A DNA stretch of 54,194 nt. Source: a virus (taxonomy: Duplodnaviria > Caudoviricetes). Location: IMG/VR virus record IMGVR_UViG_3300005470_000003, positions 1 to 54,194 of that record; one strand, given 5' to 3'. Positions 8,993 through 18,768 of this stretch are shown here, piece after piece (the stretch's first letter is position 1; the number at the start of each line of letters is the position of its first letter). Both the position numbers and the translations under genes were made by a program. A model generated the notes under the pieces. The model saw only the letters and a program-made list of their open reading frames with translations, had not been told where the DNA came from and ran no database searches.

Positions 8993-9087
8993 AGCAGGGG
9001 AGCGGGGTGGGGAATCTCGCCTGTCGGTGCAAAAATTATTATATATTTTTAACAGATGGGTGAATTTAAATTTTGTTTTATAAATAA

Positions 9088-9233
9088 TGTGGTAGATTAA
9101 CCACAATAATGTGTTTCCTACAATATAATCATTATATATATCTTATCAAAAAACCTTTTTCCAACGGTATCATCCAACTATATAATTATTTGGCACATAT
9201 TTTGCATAATTATTTTGTAAATGTAACCTAAAA
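9088..9233 (+). promoter_or_regulatory. Repeated sigma54-type promoter cassette, copy 3
   Basis: TGG-N10-ACA at 9090-9105 and TGT-N10-ATA at 9110-9125. TGGCAC-ATATT-TTGCA at 9191-9206. Confidence 0.75.
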
Positions 9234-9252
9234 ATGTGTTAAGGGAGAAATT

Positions 9253-9456
9253 ATGGAAGATGAAATACGTAGAGTTGAATCGATTGTTGAGGCAGCGCGT
9301 GTAATTATTCAATCTAGGATCTTGGGTGAAAGTTTCGAGAGTACAATTGTTGATGAATTGGCCGAAGGTTTGGCCAGAGAGGGTCACGATTGGGCTGCAG
9401 GTATGGTAGAGGGATTCCTGGAAGCAGTCAGACCTGAAGATCCAGAGGATTACTAA
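9253..9456 (+). CDS. Small acidic protein, first gene after promoter cassette 3
   Basis: 67 aa with GGGAG RBS. Confidence 0.6.
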   Translation: MEDEIRRVESIVEAARVIIQSRILGESFESTIVDELAEGLAREGHDWAAGMVEGFLEAVRPEDPEDY

Positions 9457-9941
9457 GTGGACTTTGTACCTTTCTATGATTATATTTGGCCGAGATATAT
9501 AATTAATGTTGTATTTTTTTAATTCTTATAGTTATAAAAAATAAAATCAAATGGTGAAAATATGAAATTAATATGTTGTAAATGTTCTGAACTAATAAAA
9601 GAGTATGGAACTAATAATTTAGTATCTCATGGTATATGTATTAAATGTGCTGTTAAATCATTTATGAAAAGAGATATATGGAAGTTTAATTATGAAATAT
9701 TGAAATTGTGGAATAGGGGGTAATATGAACATATATATTTTAACAGATAATGAAAAGGTATTGAGATGTTCTACCAATATGGAAAAGTTACAATCTCTTG
9801 CCAATTTATACAACGAGATTTCCGAGTTAGACAAAGATGATCGTGAATTTCAAGTAACTCAATGTATGTTAGAAGATGCCTAAATCTTGCAACAGTTAAT
9901 TTGTTTTGAAATAAAGATAATAAAATGAAAGGATATTTACA

Positions 9942-10184
9942 ATGCATCTAGCATTTACACGGTGTGAAGGTCCAACTTCTTTTAAAATGGATTTTGGTGA
10001 TTATGAAATTTCTATTGCATTTGATACAAATCATGTTGTGAAAGGTAATTTTCCGATGTGTTCCTTGTGTGTGTTTAAAGGAACCGAAAATGTTACATCT
10101 GATTTTTTCACAGGACAGAATGAAAGATATCATGCAACTGAGGAAGATATTGTAAAAGTGATTAATCAATTAGCGTATATTTAG
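9942..10184 (+). CDS. Hypothetical protein
   Basis: 80 aa with AAGGA RBS. Confidence 0.55.
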   Translation: MHLAFTRCEGPTSFKMDFGDYEISIAFDTNHVVKGNFPMCSLCVFKGTENVTSDFFTGQNERYHATEEDIVKVINQLAYI

Positions 10185-10387
10185 TGAAAAGAGGACATAA
10201 AATGATATTTGAACCAGTACATGCAATAGAGAAAGATAGAGCTATTATGTTAATAGATAAACCCGTACTATTTGCAAATCGGAAAGAAGGATTGGGTGCA
10301 TATGGAAAGCTCGTAGGATGGGACAAACATGGGCGATTCATTGTAAAACCCGATCATACAAAAATACTGCACATTGTATATGGATAG
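10184..10387 (+). CDS. Hypothetical protein
   Basis: ORF on the coding strand; start may lie slightly downstream. Confidence 0.5.
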   Translation: MKRGHKMIFEPVHAIEKDRAIMLIDKPVLFANRKEGLGAYGKLVGWDKHGRFIVKPDHTKILHIVYG

Positions 10388-10402
10388 TGGAGGATAGGTA
10401 AA

Positions 10403-10753
10403 ATGAAATTCCAAGAAAGACCAGATTGTTACCTGGATATAAAGACCGGACTGGAATGGTCCAAAGAGAACTTTGGGCCTATGTCTTGGGATGAAGCCAT
10501 GAAGCAATTTGACGATTCTGACGGCTGGAGACTGCCTACGATTGATGAACTACTTACGTTGGTAGACCATGATGGATATAAACCAGCCACAGAATTACCT
10601 GGCATGGTGTCGTCCTATTACTGGTCGTCTACTACCCATGCCGACTATACCAACTACGCCTGGCTCGTCTATTTCAGCAATGGCTACGACAACCACGACT
10701 ATAAGTTCTTCCATTATTATGTCCGGGCCGTTCGTGGCGGAAAGGAGAAATAA
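10403..10753 (+). CDS. DUF1566 (Lcl C-terminal, C-type lectin fold) protein, probable DGR target
   Basis: DxKTGLEW, WRLPTIDEL, YWSSTT, AWxVxF, VRAVRGG motifs. The 3' ~130 bp is GC-richer and built from NNC/NNT codons. Confidence 0.85.
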   Translation: MKFQERPDCYLDIKTGLEWSKENFGPMSWDEAMKQFDDSDGWRLPTIDELLTLVDHDGYKPATELPGMVSSYYWSSTTHADYTNYAWLVYFSNGYDNHDYKFFHYYVRAVRGGKEK

Positions 10754-10805
10754 AATTTTAATAGGTGTATAGAGGACCATCATTATTTAGGAGAATATAA
10801 AAACA

Positions 10806-11207
10806 ATGTCACCAAAACCCTTTGGTCTTAAAACCCATTATCATATCAAGAAGCGTTTTGCAAAAAAATTAATACAAAAAAAAGGTAGAAATCTTTGGAA
10901 TAGATATAAACAATTCCATAATTATACTGGATTGGTTAATGGATGTACAGGCTTAAATTTTCTGCCTATAGAAATAAATCCTATCTATTGGTATTCTAAA
11001 GACGGTAAGAAATCCTATTTAATGGATATCGAATTAGTGGGAAAGAAAAACTCCTGTAGTTTTTATCATTGTGGCATTGATAAACCAAAAACGTTACAAG
11101 AGTGTCAAGACTTTTTGAATAAAATTGCAAATGGTCCTGATGATAAATGGGATTTTAAAGAGAGGTATGGTAAAATTGAATTGGATACAAACGGATGTGA
11201 AAGATAA
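10806..11207 (+). CDS. Hypothetical protein
   Basis: 133 aa with AGGAG RBS. Confidence 0.6.
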   Translation: MSPKPFGLKTHYHIKKRFAKKLIQKKGRNLWNRYKQFHNYTGLVNGCTGLNFLPIEINPIYWYSKDGKKSYLMDIELVGKKNSCSFYHCGIDKPKTLQECQDFLNKIANGPDDKWDFKERYGKIELDTNGCER

Positions 11208-11494
11208 AAGCACACAGAACTTTTGCAATGAAGAACATTCACAACAGTTCTATTAAGGAGAGGAAAGGAGATGAAATGGATATACAGGTAGATTTTAATC
11301 TGCCCAATGTCTATATATGGAAAATAATGGAATGGAAATCGCAACAACCGGACAAAAATGAAGGTTTCCATTACATTTTCATACCAACTAAAAATATGAT
11401 GACGAAGGCTATCGATATTATCGTTTAATTATTGAATCCGCTGCTGGTGTACAACACATTGTACATGATCATATGTTGTTATGAAAGGAAAATT

Positions 11495-12208
11495 ATGATA
11501 TTTGTTTGTGGTGATACTCATGGATACGAAGATATAGATAAGTTATCCTCCAAAAATTGGCCTGAAGGAAAACTTCTTACCAAAGACGATTACTTAATTA
11601 TTCTTGGGGATACTGGCTTAGTTTGGGATACAAAATCTTCTCCAAGAGAAAAGAGGTTGCTTGAGTGGTATAATAAAAAACCATGGACCACTTTATTTAT
11701 AGATGGTAATCATGAAAATTTTTATCGTTTATTTTCCAATGAATTTGGCAATGTTTCGAAATTTGGATCAACAGCCAAACAAATATCCGATTCCATTTTT
11801 TATTTAAAAAGAGGAAACATATATAGAATAGACTATAAAAGAATCTTTGCATTTGGCGGTGGAGAATCCATCGATAAAGAAAGACGATTAACATATGTTA
11901 GTTGGTGGCCTCAAGAAATTCCTAGTTATGGGGAAATCGACAAAGCTATTGAACAATTGAAAAGGTATAATAATGATGTTGATATAATCCTTACACATTC
12001 CTGCTCAAGTCTTGCATTTGGGATGTTAACGCAAAGAGCTGACATAGGATATAAAAGGGATGCCGAACTGGGACTACGATCCTTCTTTGATTGGATAGAA
12101 AGAAATGTGAAATATAAACAATGGCATTTCGGTCATTATCATGATGATTTTAAATTAGATTACAAACATTTTTTACATTTTGAGAATAGACCAATGCAAA
12201 TCACATAG
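11495..12208 (+). CDS. Calcineurin-like metallophosphoesterase
   Basis: GDTHG, LGD, GNHE, LTH and GHYH motifs. Start moved to the ATG after the AAGGA RBS. Confidence 0.9.
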   Translation: MIFVCGDTHGYEDIDKLSSKNWPEGKLLTKDDYLIILGDTGLVWDTKSSPREKRLLEWYNKKPWTTLFIDGNHENFYRLFSNEFGNVSKFGSTAKQISDSIFYLKRGNIYRIDYKRIFAFGGGESIDKERRLTYVSWWPQEIPSYGEIDKAIEQLKRYNNDVDIILTHSCSSLAFGMLTQRADIGYKRDAELGLRSFFDWIERNVKYKQWHFGHYHDDFKLDYKHFLHFENRPMQIT

Positions 12209-12227
12209 AAAATTTTGGTGATATACT

Positions 12228-12461
12228 ATGGAAAATTTAAATCCGACTGATCTAAGAAATAAAATAGGCAGTCTTCCAGTAAGGATGGACGATCCTTCCG
12301 GTGATAATGTTGGAATTGCTTTAGCATCTTATTTTTCAGATTTACCCGATTGTCCAACTGACGATATTAATGATGAAACAGGATGGAGTCAGTGGGTTAT
12401 GAATAAAACTGATGATGTTTTGGATAGGATTGTAGATCACTTTTTAAGTAGATTAAAATGA
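12228..12461 (+). CDS. Hypothetical protein
   Basis: 77 aa with GGTGA RBS. Confidence 0.55.
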   Translation: MENLNPTDLRNKIGSLPVRMDDPSGDNVGIALASYFSDLPDCPTDDINDETGWSQWVMNKTDDVLDRIVDHFLSRLK

Positions 12462-12562
12462 AAGAATGGATTGTGTATATAGCAAATTATAATGGTTTAA
12501 CCAGAAAAAACTGGTTTAAAGTTATTATACATGTTATAAATAGTTGCTAAGGGGTAAATAAT

Positions 12563-13873
12563 ATGATAGATAGATATTCTAAGGATAGTAAAATAAAAGA
12601 AATTTTCAGTGATGAAAGTAAGTATAAATATTGGCTTAAAATAGAGAAATCATTATTTAAGGTTCTTAGAAATAATGGTGTGATTACTAATGATTGTTAT
12701 AAAGCATTAAATGAAATTGACGATCTGTCCTTAGATAAAATAATTGAAAAGGAAAAATTGGTAAAGCACGATGTAATTGCTTTCATAGAGTATATTTCGG
12801 AGATATCTAATAATGAGTGTGTTTCTAGATTTATACATTATGGTCTTACGTCATCTGATGTTGTGGATACTGCTCTATCATTACAAATAATTGATTCTTC
12901 CAAGATTTTAATTGATGAATTTGATAAACTGCGTGTTTCATTGATGAATTTTATTTATAATACTTATGATATAAAAACTGTTGGCAGAACACATGGTCAG
13001 CATGCCTCAATTACTTCATTTGGTTTGAAGTTTTCAAAAATGTTGAAGGTTTTAGAAGTTAATTTTGGTAATTTTATTAATTCAGTTTCTTCTCTAAAAA
13101 ATTGTTGTAATATGTCTGGTCCTGTTGGTGATTTTTCGAGTTTACACAAATCAATGTCATGTGAAATATGTGATGAATTGAGTTTAAAAGTTGATCTTTC
13201 GTCTACTCAAATAATTGACAGGAGTTTTTATGCAAATGTTTTTACTTCATTGGCAATATTTATTTCTACTATTGAAAGAATATCAGTTAATTTACGTAAT
13301 TTAAGTAGAACTGAAATAGGTGAAGTATATGAGGGTTTTAGCCATGGTCAAAAGGGTTCATCTTCAATGCCGCATAAGAAGAACCCGATTGGTCTTGAAA
13401 ATATATCTGGTTTATCTAGGATAGTAAGATCAAATATGATGGCTTTTATGGAAAATATAATTTTATGGGATGAGAGAGATATAAGTCATTCATCCGTTGA
13501 AAGAATTCTAGTTCCAGATACATTTATATTATCCGAATATATTATTAAAAGATTTTCTTCAATAATCAATAGTCTTGTAGTTAATTTAGATAGAATAAGT
13601 GATAATTATAAAATTTCTAGAAATTCAAATTTTTCAGATCTAATATTGTCTAGTCTTGTATTGGCTGGTATGAATAGAAAACAGGCTTATGAGGAAATAC
13701 AGAAATGTGCATTTTCAAGTGGTGATTTTATAAATAATGTTTTGTCTAGTTCTGTTTTTTCGGAATATATAACAAATGATGATGTCAAAAGAATCCTTGA
13801 TTTTAATCCCAATAAATATTTAAAACTTATAAATGAGATTTTATTAAATGAAGAAAGTAATAATAAGTTGTAA
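12563..13873 (+). CDS. purB: Adenylosuccinate lyase
   Basis: MIDRY start, HDVIAF, HYGLTSSDVVDT, GRTHGQHA, GSSSMPHKKNP signature, ERDISHSSVER. Confidence 0.95.
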   Translation: MIDRYSKDSKIKEIFSDESKYKYWLKIEKSLFKVLRNNGVITNDCYKALNEIDDLSLDKIIEKEKLVKHDVIAFIEYISEISNNECVSRFIHYGLTSSDVVDTALSLQIIDSSKILIDEFDKLRVSLMNFIYNTYDIKTVGRTHGQHASITSFGLKFSKMLKVLEVNFGNFINSVSSLKNCCNMSGPVGDFSSLHKSMSCEICDELSLKVDLSSTQIIDRSFYANVFTSLAIFISTIERISVNLRNLSRTEIGEVYEGFSHGQKGSSSMPHKKNPIGLENISGLSRIVRSNMMAFMENIILWDERDISHSSVERILVPDTFILSEYIIKRFSSIINSLVVNLDRISDNYKISRNSNFSDLILSSLVLAGMNRKQAYEEIQKCAFSSGDFINNVLSSSVFSEYITNDDVKRILDFNPNKYLKLINEILLNEESNNKL

Positions 13874-14045
13874 TCATGCTATAGTTTTTAATTCTTGTGG
13901 TAAATGTCCAAAATCATTGTATACCGATGATGGTTTATTGTGTACTATAACAAGAAATATCATATATGATCCAAATTTTATCAATAAATCATGCAGACTA
14001 AAAACCTTCAAAAAACAATTCGATCTTATCATAGATTATATTTAA
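13848..14045 (+). CDS. Small Cys-rich protein
   Basis: 65 aa overlapping the purB stop. Confidence 0.45.
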   Translation: MKKVIISCNHAIVFNSCGKCPKSLYTDDGLLCTITRNIIYDPNFINKSCRLKTFKKQFDLIIDYI

Positions 14046-14120
14046 TAATAAAATCATATGAATTGTGTCCCTTATGCCTTTTTTATAAAAGTGTAATTTT
14101 TAATGTTCTTGGGGGACACA

Positions 14121-14564
14121 ATGGAAGAACAAGGTAATGAGGTTTTTAGTAAGGCATTAGACTTAATCAAAAATAACGGTGTGGGGTTCAATGCTTTAAA
14201 GGCAAAAGGTCTTGGTTTAAATTTGGTATTATTAGCTTTAGCCGAGGTACAAAGTAAGAGGATATGTAATCTTTCTAATGTCATACTTTTACTTGAGAAC
14301 AAAGTTTTTGATCAGGATTCGATGAAAAATCTTGATGGTAGCGAAGCTATTGGACATTATACTATGGCTTCTAAAGCCCTTGAGAATGCTTCCAATTATG
14401 TTAAGCAAATAACGAATTTTACCGATTGGGAATTGTTGGAATCACAATTAACTACTGTAACTGAAGATGACGATTCTGATGTAAAAGTATCAGAAGCAGC
14501 AAAATTTTTCTTGAAGAAGGTTGCTAAATTAAATTTGTCTAGTGGCGTAGATGGCATTATATAA
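14121..14564 (+). CDS. Hypothetical helical protein
   Basis: ATG after GGGGG. Lies upstream of terL; a small-terminase role is possible but unsupported. Confidence 0.65.
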   Translation: MEEQGNEVFSKALDLIKNNGVGFNALKAKGLGLNLVLLALAEVQSKRICNLSNVILLLENKVFDQDSMKNLDGSEAIGHYTMASKALENASNYVKQITNFTDWELLESQLTTVTEDDDSDVKVSEAAKFFLKKVAKLNLSSGVDGII

Positions 14565-14608
14565 TTTAAATAGAAAAGAGTTGATAGTAGTTTATTTTTG
14601 GAGTAGTT

Positions 14609-15154
14609 ATGAGAATCAATGCTAGATCGGTAATTAAAATCTGTGAAGAGTTGAATTTAAATAATAAAAATTCTAAAAGTTGTGGTATTCTGCCATTATA
14701 TGAAGACAATTTGTTTGTTTATCATCATACTTCTTATCCTGCTGCTTTAAACATTTGTTTGATTGATAAATTACTTGTCGGTAAGACTGGTTTTATTTCA
14801 TTTACTACTAATAAAAATCTTCATTTACAGGGGACTGTAGGATTTAGTGGACATGGGGTTTATTTTCAGGTTTTTCGGAAAAAGTTGGAAAATGATTATA
14901 AATTAGAATCATATAAATATCATTCGTTGGATATTAAGGTCAATGATGAATCTGAAGTTCGGATTGAAACTAATAAAATTAATAAGTTTTTATCATATGT
15001 AAAAAGTATAAATTTAATCAAAACTTATTATCCGTCTCCAACAGATGTTGACTCAAGATTATTGTATCGATTCATGAAAATAGAAGAACCTACTTTTGAT
15101 GAGTATATTAAATTTTTACAAAAGTGTATAACTAAACCAATAAACATTGTGTGA
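14609..15154 (+). CDS. Hypothetical protein with variant leader (MRINARSVIKICEE)
   Basis: 181 aa with GGAG RBS. Confidence 0.6.
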   Translation: MRINARSVIKICEELNLNNKNSKSCGILPLYEDNLFVYHHTSYPAALNICLIDKLLVGKTGFISFTTNKNLHLQGTVGFSGHGVYFQVFRKKLENDYKLESYKYHSLDIKVNDESEVRIETNKINKFLSYVKSINLIKTYYPSPTDVDSRLLYRFMKIEEPTFDEYIKFLQKCITKPINIV

Positions 15155-15348
15155 TTTATAACATAATTATAAAAATCTTTAGATAAGTTATGAGAAATTG
15201 ACAAGAAAACCTAGTGGGCTCGCCATGAGGATGAATTGGCAAAATAATTTAAAAAATACTTATATAGAAGTAATGTCTATGAACTTATGAAATCAAATAA
15301 ATTTGATTTTTTGAAATATAAATACAAAATAAATAGTGGAGTTTAATT

Positions 15349-15780
15349 GTGTCTAGAGCAAATGGATTGATGGGTGTTTTGGAGAAGATGCTCGATAAGG
15401 TTTATTATATTAAGGGAAAGGAGAAACATATATGGGCAGATCCTATTTCTTCTGAATTTCTTGATGCAGCTAGTGAAGGAACATTTAAAGCAATAAGGTT
15501 TGTTGCCAACAGTAAAGATAAATCACTTCATATATGGCATTATCTTGGATTCCATGAGACTATATGGAATATACTTACAGGTAAAAAACTTGATTATGAT
15601 GATAAATCTTTACTAAATGGAGTAATGCTTAAAGAGGGTGGTAAATGGGTAGTTACTGCTGTATCAGAATTGTCATGGTATAGGAGTAACATAGACGAAT
15701 TGATAAAATCTAATAAATTTAATTTTTTGAAAGACAAATACAAGATAGAGTTCGATTTTGATCAAATCAAGGTAAGTTAA
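15349..15780 (+). CDS. Leader-bearing protein, paralog of the C-terminal part of 30379..31053
   Basis: MSRANGLMGVLEK. IRFVANSKDKSLHIW matches IRFTAYNKTKTVYAW. Confidence 0.7.
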   Translation: MSRANGLMGVLEKMLDKVYYIKGKEKHIWADPISSEFLDAASEGTFKAIRFVANSKDKSLHIWHYLGFHETIWNILTGKKLDYDDKSLLNGVMLKEGGKWVVTAVSELSWYRSNIDELIKSNKFNFLKDKYKIEFDFDQIKVS

Positions 15781-15850
15781 CATTTAGCCACGCATTGAAG
15801 CCTCTATGTACAAGGAAGACCCAAAAGAAATCCTTCCAGATATTATTTGA

Positions 15851-17698
15851 TTGGATAATGAGATGTTAGATCAAGTTGATTTGATAGAAACTTCAGACCA
15901 GTATATAAGACAGATGGTTGATTCATATGGATACAAAAATACTATGTTATCACTTGCCAAACTGTCTGGATATTCAGATATCCCACCTACAATAACTGAA
16001 TTTATAGATACAACCCATTATCTAAAACATTCATTGTGGAATGAGATGAAAGATGAGTCCACGATATTCCCATTGTGGAGAAATGCTTTAAAAGAAGTTT
16101 ATCCAAATCCTTTATATTCTCCATATAGGGAAGTAATATCAACTGGATCTATTGGGGGTGGAAAGACTACATTCTCAAAAATAGGCCTTTTATATGATAT
16201 AACAACTATGATGTTTTTAGAGTGCCCGCAATTCTATTATGGGCTTACTAAAGCTACTAAGTTAATATTTGCAGTTTATTCATCTACACTTAGTTTGGCA
16301 AAAGGTGTTTTATTCGATGAGCTTTATGAATGGATTAAGAGTTCACCATATCTTAGTGATAAAATAAATATTTTTGATAATAAGAAATATGCAAATTATA
16401 CACTTTTCAAATCAAATATAGATATAAAAGAAGGTTCTAAATTTACTCATACTCTTGGTCAGGCAGTAACAGGTGGTTTATTGAGTGAGTTGAATTTTCA
16501 GAATTCGTGGAATTCCCAGGCTTATAACAATTATACTTCAGTAAAAAGAAGAATTAAATCTAGATTTTTGAATGACATACCTGGCCGTATGTGGTTGGAT
16601 TCTTCTAAATCGGATTCAACATCATTTCTTGAGGGTCATATAAGAAAAGTTTCAAGTGACCCTGAAGTTATAATATATGATAATGCATTATGGGAAGCAA
16701 AACCGCATGAATATAAATCAAATAAAACTTTTAAAGTATTTGTTGGCGATTCTTATAGAGATCCAATTATAATCGAGAAACCATCTCAAATTATTGGGTT
16801 GGATGAGTCTAAAATAATTGACGTACCTGAAAAGCATTATACTGATTTTTCTGATGATATATTTAGTTCTTTACAGGATATTGCCGGTGTAAGTACATCA
16901 GCTATTCACAAGTTTATACCGTCAGTTGAAAAAATAGAGGAATCGCTTATTAGAGTAAATCCGATATATCGTGAAGTTATTCAGACTGATTTTTATGATC
17001 AAAATGACACTTTAATTAGTTATGTTGACTTTCGTAAAATAAAATATTTAGATAAAGTAAGGTTTTTACATATCGATTTAGGTTTGAGGAACGATTTGGC
17101 CGGTATATGCTCTACTGGCATAATTGGTTTTGTTTCATCTAATGATTCACAATCTCTAAAATATCCAATATATTTTACTGATTTCATAATGGCTATTCAG
17201 GCAAAACCAGGCCAGGATATACCAATATATAAAATAAAATCATTAATTACTGATCTTAGAAGTAGAGGTCTTAAAATTGTTAAAGTTACTGCTGATGGTT
17301 ATCAGTCTGAGAATCTTAAACAGGATATGTGGATGCTCGGTATAAAGTCTGAGATTATATCGGTTGATAAAAACAAAGCACCATATGAAACTTTTAAGAA
17401 TGCTATATTGGAAGGAAGATATAATGGGGTAAAACATGAAATACTATCTAATGAATTGAAAGATTTATTGGATACGGGTAAAAAGATAGATCATCCGCAA
17501 TTCAGGAGTAATAGTGAAAAACGTGAGAATGGTAGTAAGGATTGTTCTGATGCGGTTTGTGGTTCCGTATATTCAGCATTTATGAGTATGAATGAGTATT
17601 ATGGCTCTAGTTATGATATGGTTTCTGGTGATTTTGTAAAAGAAATTAGAACTAGTAGTGAGAATAATCTATATGAATCAATAGCTATGGGGGCTTAG
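15851..17698 (+). CDS. terL: Terminase large subunit
   Basis: Walker A GSIGGGKT, RNase H-like HIDLG, ADGYQS, KIDHP...SKDCSDAV. Confidence 0.9.
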   Translation: MDNEMLDQVDLIETSDQYIRQMVDSYGYKNTMLSLAKLSGYSDIPPTITEFIDTTHYLKHSLWNEMKDESTIFPLWRNALKEVYPNPLYSPYREVISTGSIGGGKTTFSKIGLLYDITTMMFLECPQFYYGLTKATKLIFAVYSSTLSLAKGVLFDELYEWIKSSPYLSDKINIFDNKKYANYTLFKSNIDIKEGSKFTHTLGQAVTGGLLSELNFQNSWNSQAYNNYTSVKRRIKSRFLNDIPGRMWLDSSKSDSTSFLEGHIRKVSSDPEVIIYDNALWEAKPHEYKSNKTFKVFVGDSYRDPIIIEKPSQIIGLDESKIIDVPEKHYTDFSDDIFSSLQDIAGVSTSAIHKFIPSVEKIEESLIRVNPIYREVIQTDFYDQNDTLISYVDFRKIKYLDKVRFLHIDLGLRNDLAGICSTGIIGFVSSNDSQSLKYPIYFTDFIMAIQAKPGQDIPIYKIKSLITDLRSRGLKIVKVTADGYQSENLKQDMWMLGIKSEIISVDKNKAPYETFKNAILEGRYNGVKHEILSNELKDLLDTGKKIDHPQFRSNSEKRENGSKDCSDAVCGSVYSAFMSMNEYYGSSYDMVSGDFVKEIRTSSENNLYESIAMGA

Positions 17699-17699
17699 T

Positions 17700-18545
17700 A
17701 TGTCTAGATCTACAGATATAATTAATTCAATTTTGGAAGTTTCTGACATCTCGGAAGATGAAAAGACTTTATTGAGATTAGGTATAAAGAAATTTAAAAA
17801 GAATGATGATGGTTCTTTTGATGTAAATGGTATTGTCGATATATCAAATAAGGGACTTACTGAAATTCCGGTTAAGTTTAGAAATATTAAACATGGGTTC
17901 ATTTGTAATAAAAATAAGCTTACTTCCCTTAAAAATTCACCGGTAAAGGTAGGTGGTTATTTTATATGTAGTAGCAATAAATTGACTTCACTTTCTGGTG
18001 GACCCGAATCAGTTAAAGGTTATTTTGATTGTGATAATAATGAACTTAAATCTTTAGATGGTTGCCCAAAATTTGTTGGAGATGATTTTAATTGTAACCA
18101 TAATAAGTTAACTTCTCTTTCAGGTTCACCGAATAAAATTAATGGTGGATTTTATTGCAATGGTAATAAACTAAAATCATTGGAAGGTTGTCCATCTGAT
18201 ATAGCAGAGAATTTTTTTTGCAGGAATAATGATTTGATCTCTTTGAAAGGATCACCCAAGAAAATTGGTGATTCTTTTGATTGTAGTAATAACAAACTAA
18301 AATCATTGGAAGGTGGTCCGACTAATATAGGTAAAAATTATAAATGTTCTGATAATGAATTAACTTCCTTGAAGGGGGCACCAGAATCCATTAATGGCTC
18401 TTTTTCTTGTGACGGTAATAAATTAACTTCTTTGAAAGGCGCACCCAATAGTGTTAAGGATTATTTTAATTGTAGTTTTAATCCTGGGAAGTTTACACAT
18501 GAGGATGTTGAAGAATTTGTAAGAACTAAGGATGCAGTAACATAA
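17700..18545 (+). CDS. Leader-bearing leucine-rich-repeat protein
   Basis: About nine 22-aa repeats FxCxxNxLxSLxGxPxx[VI]xG after MSRSTDIINSILE. Confidence 0.85.
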   Translation: MSRSTDIINSILEVSDISEDEKTLLRLGIKKFKKNDDGSFDVNGIVDISNKGLTEIPVKFRNIKHGFICNKNKLTSLKNSPVKVGGYFICSSNKLTSLSGGPESVKGYFDCDNNELKSLDGCPKFVGDDFNCNHNKLTSLSGSPNKINGGFYCNGNKLKSLEGCPSDIAENFFCRNNDLISLKGSPKKIGDSFDCSNNKLKSLEGGPTNIGKNYKCSDNELTSLKGAPESINGSFSCDGNKLTSLKGAPNSVKDYFNCSFNPGKFTHEDVEEFVRTKDAVT

Positions 18546-18576
18546 TAATCAATATATTAATTTTGTAATTCTTTTT

Positions 18577-18624
18577 ATTGAAGGTATTTTTTTCCTACAA
18601 TTTTTGCGGGCCGATTCCCTCCCT
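18577..18624 (+). repeat. Orphan copy of the sequence at the downstream end of IscB element 1
   Basis: 47/48 identical to 32595-32642. Confidence 0.8.
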
Positions 18625-18768
18625 CCTCTATGGTTAGTTAAAAATTGGGATTTTTTTTAATTATGGATACTCATACTAATAAAGTTAAGGTTTTGTTGAT
18701 TGAAAAAGATAAAAAAGACAAGGATGAGAAATCTAAAGTTGGGGTAGTAACCAAGGAGGAAAATAAAA

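Noticed and set aside
14121-14564. Terminase small subunit call
   Set aside because: Only size, helical character and rough position support it. It has no recognisable motif, and two genes separate it from terL.
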